Positions 43,299 to 50,807 are shown, counted from the first letter of the stretch. The stretch: 64,000 bases of DNA from Acidobacteriota bacterium (GCA_003223645.1 QHVT01000014.1:38264-102263); one strand, 5' to 3'. The notes: generated by a model not told the origin, from the sequence alone. Made by a program: numbers and translations.

Positions 43299-43535
43299 CT
43301 ACGCGACCCGGTCGCGTGCGCCTTTCTCACCCACCTCGCGCGCGCAATTCGCGCAGCAGTAGAACGTCCCATTCGCCTCGATGCCGTGTCCGATGACCAT
43401 GCACCCACAGTGCGCGCAGCGCGGCGCGAGCTTGTGAATCGCGCACTCGAAACTATCGAACGTCCCGCTCCCGCGCGGCCCCGTTACTTCGAACGCCTTG
43501 TCGTATTCGTTCCCGCAAACATCGCATTTCGCCAT
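43299..43535 (-). CDS. Small cysteine-rich (probable metal-binding) protein, 78 aa
   Basis: Part of ORF 43299..43661, start ATG 43535. MAKCDVCGNEYDKAFEV...FDSFECAIHKLAPRCAHCGCMVIGHG...FYCCANCA contains four CxxC-like pairs. Confidence 0.7.
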   Translation of the reverse strand: MAKCDVCGNEYDKAFEVTGPRGSGTFDSFECAIHKLAPRCAHCGCMVIGHGIEANGTFYCCANCAREVGEKGARDRVA

Positions 43536-43581
43536 GGTGCTCGCGACTGCACGTCCCGAGCCCGCGCTCTCGCGATGCCTT

Positions 43582-43661
43582 GTGGAGCGGCGCCCGCCCT
43601 CGGGCGCCGAGATGGAAACACGCGAAAACGAAAACGGCGGCCGAGGCGGCCGCCGCTCCAC
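43582..43661. repeat. R1 palindromic element, copy e
   Basis: GTGGAGCGGCGCCCGCCCTCGGGCGCCG...CGGCGGCCGAGGCGGCCGCCGCTCCAC, between the M23 stop and the Cys-rich gene start. Confidence 0.85.
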
Positions 43662-43679
43662 TGTGCGTCGCGAATGGGG

Positions 43680-44552
43680 TTAGAACGCGTTCAGGATGTA
43701 CGCGAGCGGATTCACCGGCTGGTTGTTGATGCGCACTTCGTAGTGGAGGTGGGGGCCGGTGGAGCGGCCGGTCGAGCCGACGTAACCGATGACCTCGCCG
43801 CGCTTCACGCGCGAGCCGGGGCGCACGGCGTAGCTCGAGAGGTGGCCGTAGCGCGTCGAGTAGCCGTAGCCGTGCGAGATGTAGATGACGTTGCCGTAGC
43901 CGTTGGCCCACTCCGCTTTCACGACGATTCCATCCGCGGGCGCGCGGACGGCCTGTCCGACGGCGGAGGAGATGTCGACGGCGTTGTGCTGCCCCGGCTC
44001 ACCGGTGAAGGGATCGGAGCGGCCGCCGAAGCCGTCGGTGAGGATGCCGCGCACGGGCGCGATCGACGGAGTGGAGGAGAGGAGCTGCGATTGCGCGACG
44101 AACTTCTCTTCGACGACGTTGAGATCGTTCTGCAGGCGATGCGAGCGGAACGTCATCTTATCGACGTCGTCGCGATACGGATTGTTGTTGTCGTCGTTGC
44201 GCACACCGCCCGTACCGCCCTGGCTCGACTCGTCGAGTGTCGTGATGCCGGCGATGATCGCCAGCTTGCGCGTGCGGTCTTCCACCGTGTGGAGCTGCGT
44301 CCGCAGCGATTCGACCGACTTGCTGAACTGCTCGTTGGCGGTTTGGAGCTCGCGGTTTTCGTTGCGCAGCTTCGACAGCTCGTGGGTCTGCGTGAGGGAG
44401 GTGAAGTACTGGACGGAGAAGAAGGTCGAGAGACAGAGCGAAGAGGTCACGAGAGACAAGATCGAGAACAGAAACCGGTGAGACACCTTCAACTTTCGGA
44501 ATTTGGCCCGCGCATGCGGGACAAAGATGATCGTTGAATAGCGTTTATCCAT
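43680..44552 (-). CDS. M23 family metallopeptidase (LytM-type) with an N-terminal TM/coiled coil
   Basis: HNAVDIS and GYGNVIYISHGYGYSTRYGHLS...GSTGRSTGPHLHYEV. ATG 44552 is preceded by AGGGAG, so it is preferred over GTG 44558. Confidence 0.9.
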   Translation of the reverse strand: MDKRYSTIIFVPHARAKFRKLKVSHRFLFSILSLVTSSLCLSTFFSVQYFTSLTQTHELSKLRNENRELQTANEQFSKSVESLRTQLHTVEDRTRKLAIIAGITTLDESSQGGTGGVRNDDNNNPYRDDVDKMTFRSHRLQNDLNVVEEKFVAQSQLLSSTPSIAPVRGILTDGFGGRSDPFTGEPGQHNAVDISSAVGQAVRAPADGIVVKAEWANGYGNVIYISHGYGYSTRYGHLSSYAVRPGSRVKRGEVIGYVGSTGRSTGPHLHYEVRINNQPVNPLAYILNAF

Positions 44553-44800
44553 GTGCACTCCCTGTGACCGATTCGTGAACTACGGCCCCGATGAACGAAG
44601 GGCGTATTCTGTTGAATGCGGTAGGTCGAGTCAACCCAAAAAGCACCCAATCTCGGAAGATCTTCGATAAATGTAAACCCTCGTAAATAAAGCACTTCCA
44701 GGCCAGAATTATGATGAAACCGCATAAAGCATCCGCGAAGTGGGATGTTCTCGTTCGTAATGTCAAATAAGTGTGGCGACTACGCGGGGTAGGGTTGTGA
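44553..44800 (-). promoter_or_regulatory. AT-rich upstream/leader region of the M23 peptidase gene with sigma70-like hexamers
   Basis: About 250 bp that is conspicuously AT-rich against the GC-rich background. On the minus strand, TTGACT (44634-44629), a 17-nt spacer, then CAGAAT (44611-44606). SD AGGGAG lies 5 nt before the ATG. Confidence 0.3.
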
Positions 44801-44835
44801 TGAGCGTCACGCGGGCGAAATGTTGCACATCACTT

Positions 44836-44993
44836 GGCTGCGCCCGATGGCTGCGCTGATGGCAGACCGCGGGCTGCGCCCGATGGCGAGAACCAGATGG
44901 CGAGGAGCGCGGGCGTCTCGCCCGCCTCCCGGGGGCGGGCGCGGGACGCCCGCTCTCCTCGGATCCGCGCAGCCGCCATCCGGCGAAGCCGCA
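44836..44993. repeat. Composite GATGGC-type hairpin enclosing an R5 element
   Basis: Direct repeat GGCTGCGCCCGATGGC at 44836 and 44872. The right flank GCCGCCATCCGGCGAAGCCGCAG is roughly complementary to it. Confidence 0.7.
44901..44961. repeat. R5 palindromic element (CGAGGAGAGCGGGCGTCCCGCCCGCC...GGCGGGC..GCCCGCTCTCCTCG), copy a
   Basis: CGAGGAGCGCGGGCGTCTCGCCCGCCTCCCGGGGGCGGGCGCGGGACGCCCGCTCTCCTCG. Confidence 0.85.
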
Positions 44994-45010
44994 GTACAAT
45001 CCGCGCCCGC

Positions 45011-45442
45011 ATGCGAACCGGTTGGGACCAGTACTTCATGGGCATTGCGCACCAGGCCGCGACGCGCGCGACGTGTTTGCGCAAGCATGTCGGCGCGGTG
45101 ATCGTCCGCGACCGCACGGTGCTCTCGACCGGCTACAACGGCTCGGTGCGCGGGCTGCCGCACTGTGAAGACGTCGGCTGTGTGATGGAAGAGGGGCATT
45201 GCGTCACGACCGTGCACGCCGAGGCGAATGCGATTCTGCAGGCGGCGAAGAATGGCGTGTCGGTCGACGGCGCGGAGCTGTACACGACCGCCTCGCCGTG
45301 CTGGAACTGCTTCAAGCTGATCGCGAACGCGGGCATCCGCAAGATTTACTACGGCGAGTTTTATCGCGACGAGCGCTCGCGCGAGACGGCCGAGAAGATC
45401 GGGATCGAGTTGATCGACTTGCAGATGCCGAGCTTGAAGTAG
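45011..45442 (+). CDS. dCMP deaminase (ComEB family)
   Basis: ORF 44834..45442, start moved to ATG 45011. MRTGWDQYFMGIA, VHAEANAI, PCWNCFKLI. Confidence 0.9.
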   Translation: MRTGWDQYFMGIAHQAATRATCLRKHVGAVIVRDRTVLSTGYNGSVRGLPHCEDVGCVMEEGHCVTTVHAEANAILQAAKNGVSVDGAELYTTASPCWNCFKLIANAGIRKIYYGEFYRDERSRETAEKIGIELIDLQMPSLK

Positions 45443-45519
45443 GCTCATGGGCTCAAAGGCGCATAGGCTCACAGTTGAGAAGCCTATGCGGCTGTGCGCC
45501 CGGGAGCCTGTGAGCCTGC
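45441..45519. repeat. Word-built hairpin, GGCTCANAGG family, copy b
   Basis: AGGCTCATGGGCTCAAAGGCGCATAGGCTCACAG...CCTATGCGGCTGTGCGCCCGGGAGCCTGTGAGCCTGC. Overlaps the deaminase stop. Confidence 0.8.
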
Positions 45520-45523
45520 TTTC

Positions 45524-46123
45524 ATGATCGTCCTCGCCGCCGACACGTCTCTCCCCATCCTCTCCGTCGCATTGATCAACGACCAGACGCTCATCGGCGC
45601 GCTGGCGATGGAAGGGAAGGGATCGCGCAACGAGAAGCTGTTGCCGTCGATCGACTTTCTGCTGACGGAGAACGCGATCGACCGCGGTCAGATCGATCTC
45701 TTCGCCGTCACGCGCGGCCCCGGCTCGTTCACCGGCGTGCGCATCGGACTCGCGACGCTGCAGGGACTCGCGCTTGCGTTACGGCGGCCGGTGTGTGCGA
45801 TGTCGACGCACGAGGCGATCGCGCACGGCACGCGCGGACGCGTTGCGGTTCGCGACGACGCGGGACGCGGTGAGTTTTACGTGTCCGTCTTCGAAGACGC
45901 GCGCGAAGTCGTCGCGCCGCATCTCGCGCGCGACGTGAGCGAAGCGAACGTGATCGACGTCGCCGAGTTTCTGCAACGCGACAACGTCGCGCTGCGCTGC
46001 GCGCGGCGCGCGATGGAGATCGGCGAGAGCGATCGCGACAGCGATCGCTACAGGGACGTGACGCCGATCTATGTCCGGCTGGCCGAGGCCGAGGTCAAGC
46101 TGCGGCAGAAACAGAATGCGTAG
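45524..46123 (+). CDS. tsaB: tRNA t6A biosynthesis protein TsaB
   Basis: MIVLAADTSLPILSVAL and FAVTRGPGSFTGVRIGLA. Confidence 0.9.
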   Translation: MIVLAADTSLPILSVALINDQTLIGALAMEGKGSRNEKLLPSIDFLLTENAIDRGQIDLFAVTRGPGSFTGVRIGLATLQGLALALRRPVCAMSTHEAIAHGTRGRVAVRDDAGRGEFYVSVFEDAREVVAPHLARDVSEANVIDVAEFLQRDNVALRCARRAMEIGESDRDSDRYRDVTPIYVRLAEAEVKLRQKQNA

Positions 46124-46559
46124 CGACCTCGCGATTGCGCCGGCGGCGGGGCGCGATCTCGACGCTATCCATCGCATCGAGCGCGACTCCTTTTCCGTCC
46201 CGTGGCGGCGGCTCTTCTTCGAAAACGAGCTGGCCGCGGAGCGGCGCTTCAACCTCGTCGCGAAGCGCAGCGGAGTCATCGTCGGCTATCTGTTCGCGAT
46301 GTGGATCTTCGACGAGATGCACGTCAACAAGATCGCGGTGGCCGAGTGCGAGCGGCGGCAGGGAATCGCCGACGAGCTGATGGCGGAGTGTTTCGCCTTC
46401 GCGCGCGCGAATGAAATCCGCACGATTTCGCTCGAAGTCCGCAAGTCGAACCTCGGCGCGCAGGCGTTCTATCGCCATCTCGACTTCGAGTCCTCATACA
46501 TCCGCCCGCGCTACTACCCCGACGGCGAGGCTGCGGTCGTGATGACGAGGGTGGTCTAG
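46116..46559 (+). CDS. rimI: Ribosomal-protein-alanine N-acetyltransferase (GNAT)
   Basis: ORF 46071..46559, start moved to ATG 46116. IAVAECERRQGIADELM (GNAT motif A). Canonical tsaB-rimI pairing. Confidence 0.88.
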   Translation: MRSDLAIAPAAGRDLDAIHRIERDSFSVPWRRLFFENELAAERRFNLVAKRSGVIVGYLFAMWIFDEMHVNKIAVAECERRQGIADELMAECFAFARANEIRTISLEVRKSNLGAQAFYRHLDFESSYIRPRYYPDGEAAVVMTRVV

Positions 46560-46628
46560 TGCCGCAAGCTAGACGTGCGCTCGTACTAGATCACGCCCAC
46601 GGCTTCAGCCCATATGCCGGAAACTGGC

Positions 46629-47048
46629 GATGCGCACGTGTGAACTGCCGATCCACACATGGAAACTGACGATCCGCACGCGAGGACTGCCGATCCGCAC
46701 GCGCGGACTGCCGATCCGCACGCGCGGACTGCCGATCCGCACGCGCGAACTGCCGGTCCGCACGCGCAAACTGCCGATCCGCACGCGCGAAATGACGATC
46801 CGCACGCGCGAAATGGCGATCCGCACGCACGGAGTGGCGATCCGCACGCGTGAAATGGCAATCCGCACGCGCGGACTGGCGATCCGCACGCGTGAAATGG
46901 CAATCCGCACGCGCGGAATGGCGATCCGCACGCGTGAAATGGCAAAACGCACGCGTGAAATGGCAAAACGCAGTCGTGAAATGGCAATCCGCACGCGTGA
47001 AATGGCGATCCGCACGCGCAAACTGCCGATTCGGAACGTGCGACTTAC
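46629..47048. repeat. Tandem array of 19 good plus 1 degenerate 21-bp units (consensus GATCCGCACGCGCGGACTGCC / GATCCGCACGCGTGAAATGGC)
   Basis: Units counted directly in the sequence. The core ATCCGCACGCG is near-invariant. Units 3-7 end CGGACTGCC-like and units 11-18 end GTGAAATGGC. There are no spacers. Confidence 0.95.
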
Positions 47049-47125
47049 TCGGTATTACTGCTTTACTGCCGCGCAGGCTCCTGGCGAGTCGTGCGGTTTC
47101 AGCTCGAGAGTCCGCCTTTGCCACA

Positions 47126-47144
47126 GCGGCAGCGTCGCTGCCGC
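47126..47144 (-). terminator. Candidate stem-loop just 3' of the lipoprotein gene
   Basis: GCGGCAGCGTCGCTGCCGC is a near-perfect palindrome 11 nt downstream of the stop at 47155. No U-tract. Confidence 0.3.
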
Positions 47145-47154
47145 AGTCCAAAGG

Positions 47155-48174
47155 TTAATCGCGCCAGCGGACGACGTACGCCCGCGGACGCGCGAGCTGT
47201 TCGCGCAGCGCCGACGCAATCTCGCTCGAGCTCGATACCGGCTCCGCCTTCCGCGGCATGTTCGCGAGCTGTTCGGGCGTGGGGATGTTTTCCTGGATCA
47301 GCTGGGCCATCGGATCGGGCGAGATCCATTTTCCTTCGAGGCTCGCAACGCCCTTCAGCAGATCGACCGGCTCGATCGTCAGCCCCTTCGTGAATCCTTC
47401 CGACGAGATCGCATCGTGCGGCACGCGGACGGTGATGCGTGCGGGAAACGGATTGAAGATCAGGTCCGCCGACTCCGCGAACGTCTGCGCGCGCGCGTTC
47501 TGCTCATCCATCTTCTCCGCGATCTTCACCATCGAGTCGACGACCGCGTCGACGAGCGGCTGCTCGTCTTCGAGCACCGGCGGTTTGTCCTCGTCATTGC
47601 CGGCGATGACCGCGGCGAACACGTACTTCGCGCGGCCGGGATTGTCGTCGAGATAGCTGTAGAGATGGCGCACGGCGGTGAAGTAGCGCGCGACGTCGCG
47701 GCTCCACGCGTTCAGCTCTTCGTCGAAGCGCCGCTGCTCCTCGCGCGTCGCGCGTCCGCTCGTGCCGGGATAGATCGACAGCTCGCGCCAGCCGTCGCCG
47801 CGCACGAGGTTCATCGTAATCGACACGTCGGAGAAGACGCGCGGCAGATCGTCGGACGCGATCGTCACCGATCGCGTGACACTCTCCAGCGCGCGGTACT
47901 TGCGCTGCAGCGTCACGCGTTCGGACACCGGCGCGAGCCGTCCGAAGCGCACCGACCACTCGTCGTTGTTCGTCTGCGCTGCTTCGCGCGCCGCATCGAC
48001 GCGCTTGCGTATCTGATCGTTGGCCGGCTTCATCTCGAACGTCGTCTGCGCGGTGACGGTCACGAGATCGCTGTCGTCCGCAAACTCGATCGTGACTTCG
48101 TCCTGCACCGGAGGGCGCGTGCAGGCGACGAAGAGAAGCAGAGCGCAGAGGACGGAGGGGAGAGCGCGGCGCAT
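47155..48174 (-). CDS. Hypothetical lipoprotein (339 aa)
   Basis: Part of ORF 47155..49299, start ATG 48174. MRRALPSVLCALLLFVAC has a lipobox. TGATG overlap with the upstream permease stop. Confidence 0.75.
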   Translation of the reverse strand: MRRALPSVLCALLLFVACTRPPVQDEVTIEFADDSDLVTVTAQTTFEMKPANDQIRKRVDAAREAAQTNNDEWSVRFGRLAPVSERVTLQRKYRALESVTRSVTIASDDLPRVFSDVSITMNLVRGDGWRELSIYPGTSGRATREEQRRFDEELNAWSRDVARYFTAVRHLYSYLDDNPGRAKYVFAAVIAGNDEDKPPVLEDEQPLVDAVVDSMVKIAEKMDEQNARAQTFAESADLIFNPFPARITVRVPHDAISSEGFTKGLTIEPVDLLKGVASLEGKWISPDPMAQLIQENIPTPEQLANMPRKAEPVSSSSEIASALREQLARPRAYVVRWRD

Positions 48175-49334
48175 CAATCCTCTTTGATGGCGACGATCGG
48201 ATCGAGGTGCGAGGCGATGCGCGCGGGGTACCACGTCGCCACGACGGACAGCACGATCGCGACGATGTTCACGCCCGCGATGTCGCCCGCGTCGAGCGTG
48301 AAGGGGAGGAAGCTGATGAAGTAGACGTCGGTCGGCAGCGGGACGAGGTGATAGCGGTTCGCGGCCCAGGCCATGCCGAGTCCGGCGATGTTGCCGAGGA
48401 GCGTGCCGCCGATTCCGATGAGCAGTCCGACCTGCATGAAGAGCGAGAGGATGTTGCCCTCGGTCGCGCCGAGGGTGCGCAGGATTCCGATCGACGGTCG
48501 CTTCTCGAGGATCAGCATCGACAGCGACGAGATGAGATTCAGCGCGGCTACGAAAATGATGAGCGAAATCGACGCGAACATCACGACCTTCTCGAGGCGT
48601 AGCGCGAGGAAGAGCGGGCGGTTGATCTCCTTCCAGGTCTTGAACTGCGCCCGCGGAAACTGTTTCGCCAGCGCCGCCTGCGCTTCTTCCGATTTCAGGG
48701 CGTCGCCGTACATCTCGATCGCCGTCGGCTCCCCGTTCGTGCCGAAGAGCGACGCCGCTTCCGATTGCTCGATCCACGCATCGGTGTTGCTCTCGTCGCC
48801 GGTCGGCTGCACGAAGCGCACGATGCGGTACTTCTTCCACACCGGCACGGGCCCGAACGGCGTGAGTCGGGTGCGCGGCGCGATGATGGTGAGGCGATCG
48901 CCGAGGTCGAGGCCGAGCGAAACCGCGAATCCGCGCGTGACGCGGATCGTCGGGATGCCTGGCGCGGCGCGTTCGCCCGCGTACGAGCGAAGGCGCACGG
49001 GCTGATGCCGCCGCTGATCGTCGGTCGTGCCGTAGCCGATGCCGCTGATGAACGGACGGACGTCGCGCAACCCGAGCTTCTTCGCGGCGGCGACGATCGC
49101 GTCGGCATTCGCGATCGTGTTCTTGCCGACCGGCTCGACGAGGAGTTGCGGGCTCGATTGCATCAGCCGGATTTTGATCTGTCCCTGCAATCCGGACAGG
49201 AGCGCGATCGAGATCAGCAATGCCCAGACTCCGATCGCGAGTCCGAGCATGCTGATGATCGAGAGAAACGCCGTGTGGGCCTGCTTGCGCGCGGCCCACA
49301 AGTAACGGCGTGCGATGCGGGACTCGAGAGGCAT
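48174..49334 (-). CDS. FtsX/LolC/LolE-family ABC transporter permease
   Basis: MPLESRIARRYLWAARKQAHTAFLSIISMLGLAIGV is a typical LolC/E N-terminus. Large periplasmic loop and C-terminal FtsX domain. Confidence 0.88.
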   Translation of the reverse strand: MPLESRIARRYLWAARKQAHTAFLSIISMLGLAIGVWALLISIALLSGLQGQIKIRLMQSSPQLLVEPVGKNTIANADAIVAAAKKLGLRDVRPFISGIGYGTTDDQRRHQPVRLRSYAGERAAPGIPTIRVTRGFAVSLGLDLGDRLTIIAPRTRLTPFGPVPVWKKYRIVRFVQPTGDESNTDAWIEQSEAASLFGTNGEPTAIEMYGDALKSEEAQAALAKQFPRAQFKTWKEINRPLFLALRLEKVVMFASISLIIFVAALNLISSLSMLILEKRPSIGILRTLGATEGNILSLFMQVGLLIGIGGTLLGNIAGLGMAWAANRYHLVPLPTDVYFISFLPFTLDAGDIAGVNIVAIVLSVVATWYPARIASHLDPIVAIKED

Positions 49335-49426
49335 GGGCGCAGAGGCTCAGAGGCGCAAAGGCTCAGAGGCGCAAAGGCTCATAGGAGATCTTTGAGCCTG
49401 TGAGCCTGTGAGCCTGTGAGCCTATA
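49335..49426. repeat. Word-built hairpin, GGCTCANAGG family, copy c
   Basis: GGGCGCAGAGGCTCAGAGGCGCAAAGGCTCAGAGGCGCAAAGGCTCATAGG-AGATCTTT-GAGCCTGTGAGCCTGTGAGCCTGTGAGCCTATA. Directly abuts the permease ATG. Confidence 0.85.
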
Positions 49427-49431
49427 ACGTT

Positions 49432-50178
49432 CTATGTCGAAGTCACTGGCGGTGTGGGCGGCACGGGCTGCTGCGACGGATCCGTCACCGGCGGCGCGGG
49501 AGGCACGATTTTCTGCGCCGGGGGTTGCGGCGACACCGCCGGTGCCTCGGTCGCTTCGCGATACGCGGCCGGCGTCGGCTGGAACTGCATGCTCTCTTTC
49601 CAGTGCTTCTTCGGATAGAGCTCGAGCAGCGCGAGGTGCGTGAGTCTGGAGTCGACCACGCGCGGGTTCACCGTCACGTCGAGGAGCGCGGGGTTGATGC
49701 CGTACGCCTTCGCGTAGAGCTTCACCGCCTTGTCGGTGTTCTGATTTTTCTCTTCGATCAGTCCGAGTTGGAAGAGCGCGGCGGCGTGTCCCGGCTTGTA
49801 CGCGATCGTGCGGTAGAACGCGTGGCGCGCGCCGAAGTCGTTGCCGCGGCCGGAGCGCACGAGGCCGAGGTTGTACCAGGCCGCGTAGAAGTGCGAGTCG
49901 GCGTCGACGGCGCGCTCGAACTCGCGCTCGGCATCCTTCGGAAATCCCTTCTGGATCAGCAGCACGCCGAGGTCGTTGTGCGCGCGCGCGGACGTTGGAT
50001 CCTGGCGCACGCGCTCGAGCGCCTTCTGGGTCGCCGTGTCGAGGCTCGATCCGGTGTTGAGGTACTTCGCGTAGAACGGGTTTTCGTACGGATTCTTGTC
50101 GTGATGGATGAGATCCGCGCAGCCGGATAAGGACAGTACTGTCAGTGCTGCGACGCCAAGGAGGAGGAGACGTTTCAT
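49432..50178 (-). CDS. TPR-repeat lipoprotein with a Pro-rich C-terminus
   Basis: Part of ORF 49432..50562, start ATG 50178. MKRLLLLGVAALTVLSLSGC has a lipobox. TPR-like AHNDLGVLL..., AWYNLGLV... Confidence 0.8.
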   Translation of the reverse strand: MKRLLLLGVAALTVLSLSGCADLIHHDKNPYENPFYAKYLNTGSSLDTATQKALERVRQDPTSARAHNDLGVLLIQKGFPKDAEREFERAVDADSHFYAAWYNLGLVRSGRGNDFGARHAFYRTIAYKPGHAAALFQLGLIEEKNQNTDKAVKLYAKAYGINPALLDVTVNPRVVDSRLTHLALLELYPKKHWKESMQFQPTPAAYREATEAPAVSPQPPAQKIVPPAPPVTDPSQQPVPPTPPVTST

Positions 50179-50183
50179 TCGAT

Positions 50184-50786
50184 TTAGTCCTGATGAAGTG
50201 GTTTGGCTTTCAACTTCACCCGCCCGTCGATCGTCTCGACGCGGAAGGCGACGCTGCTCACGTGATATTTCTCGCGTACCGTTTCGCTCTGCTTCTGCAC
50301 CATCGTCGCCAGCTGTTCGAGCGTCAGGTTCGACGCGCGTCCGAGCTTCTGGTGCTCCTGCTCGATCAGATCGTACAACTTGCGAACCTGTTCTCCGTTG
50401 CTTCCCGGCGCCATCTTTACATACGGATCGAGCGGGTCCGACGTTACGCGCGGGGGCGGGGGAGGCGGCGCCTCGTGTTTTTCGGGCGGGGCATTCAGCG
50501 CACGCTGGCGCATGCGGAAGTCGAGCGGCCCTTCCTCGCGCTCGCGCATCTTGCGCGCCCACATCTCGCGATATTGGTTGTAGCGCGAGAGGATGGTGTT
50601 GAAGCGGAAGCGGCGCGTGCTGTCGCGCATCTTCTGCTTATTGATCTCGTGGATGTAAGCCTCGATCTGATGGCGGTCGAAGCTGGGCGGGACCTTGATG
50701 ATGTGCGTGAAGAACTGATCGTACTTGTTCTTCAGTCGCCGGATGTCTTCCTCCAGCTTGTCGAGCTCTTCGTCCTGTTTGATCAC
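50184..50786 (-). CDS. Conserved hypothetical protein (coiled-coil N-terminus, Pro-rich linker)
   Basis: 200 aa ORF, clean and hydrophilic: MIKQDEELDKLEEDIRRLKNKYDQFF...PPPPPPRV... No catalytic motif recognised. Confidence 0.65.
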   Translation of the reverse strand: MIKQDEELDKLEEDIRRLKNKYDQFFTHIIKVPPSFDRHQIEAYIHEINKQKMRDSTRRFRFNTILSRYNQYREMWARKMREREEGPLDFRMRQRALNAPPEKHEAPPPPPPRVTSDPLDPYVKMAPGSNGEQVRKLYDLIEQEHQKLGRASNLTLEQLATMVQKQSETVREKYHVSSVAFRVETIDGRVKLKAKPLHQD

Positions 50787-50807
50787 GGCTTACACTGTTC
50801 TAACGAT

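Noticed and set aside
44553-44800. c-di-AMP (ydaO) or another riboswitch, or a small ORF (44489..44725 -, 44545..44766 -), upstream of the M23 peptidase
   Set aside because: I could not recognise conserved riboswitch cores by eye, and the small ORFs overlap each other with no supporting features. The region is left as an unexplained AT-rich stretch pending cmscan.
44834-45010. N-terminal extension of the dCMP deaminase ORF through the R5/GATGGC repeats
   Set aside because: The extension is repeat-encoded Arg/Ala-rich sequence. Deaminase homology begins at MRTGWDQYF (ATG 45011).
46629-47048. CRISPR array
   Set aside because: The units are directly abutting with no unique spacers. The unit length of 21 bp is shorter than typical CRISPR repeats, and no cas genes are nearby.
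46586-47151. ORFs running through the 21-bp array (46586..46987 -, 46591..47151 -, 46605..47021 -, and the first ~140 codons of 46630..48324 +), read as heptad-repeat proteins
   Set aside because: They are open only because 21 is a multiple of 3 and the unit lacks stops. Several frames are open at once. The peptides are low-complexity (FARADRQ, IRTRGLP and RVRIGSP repeats). The + ORF continues antisense through a well-supported lipoprotein gene. I keep this only as an alternative to be refuted.
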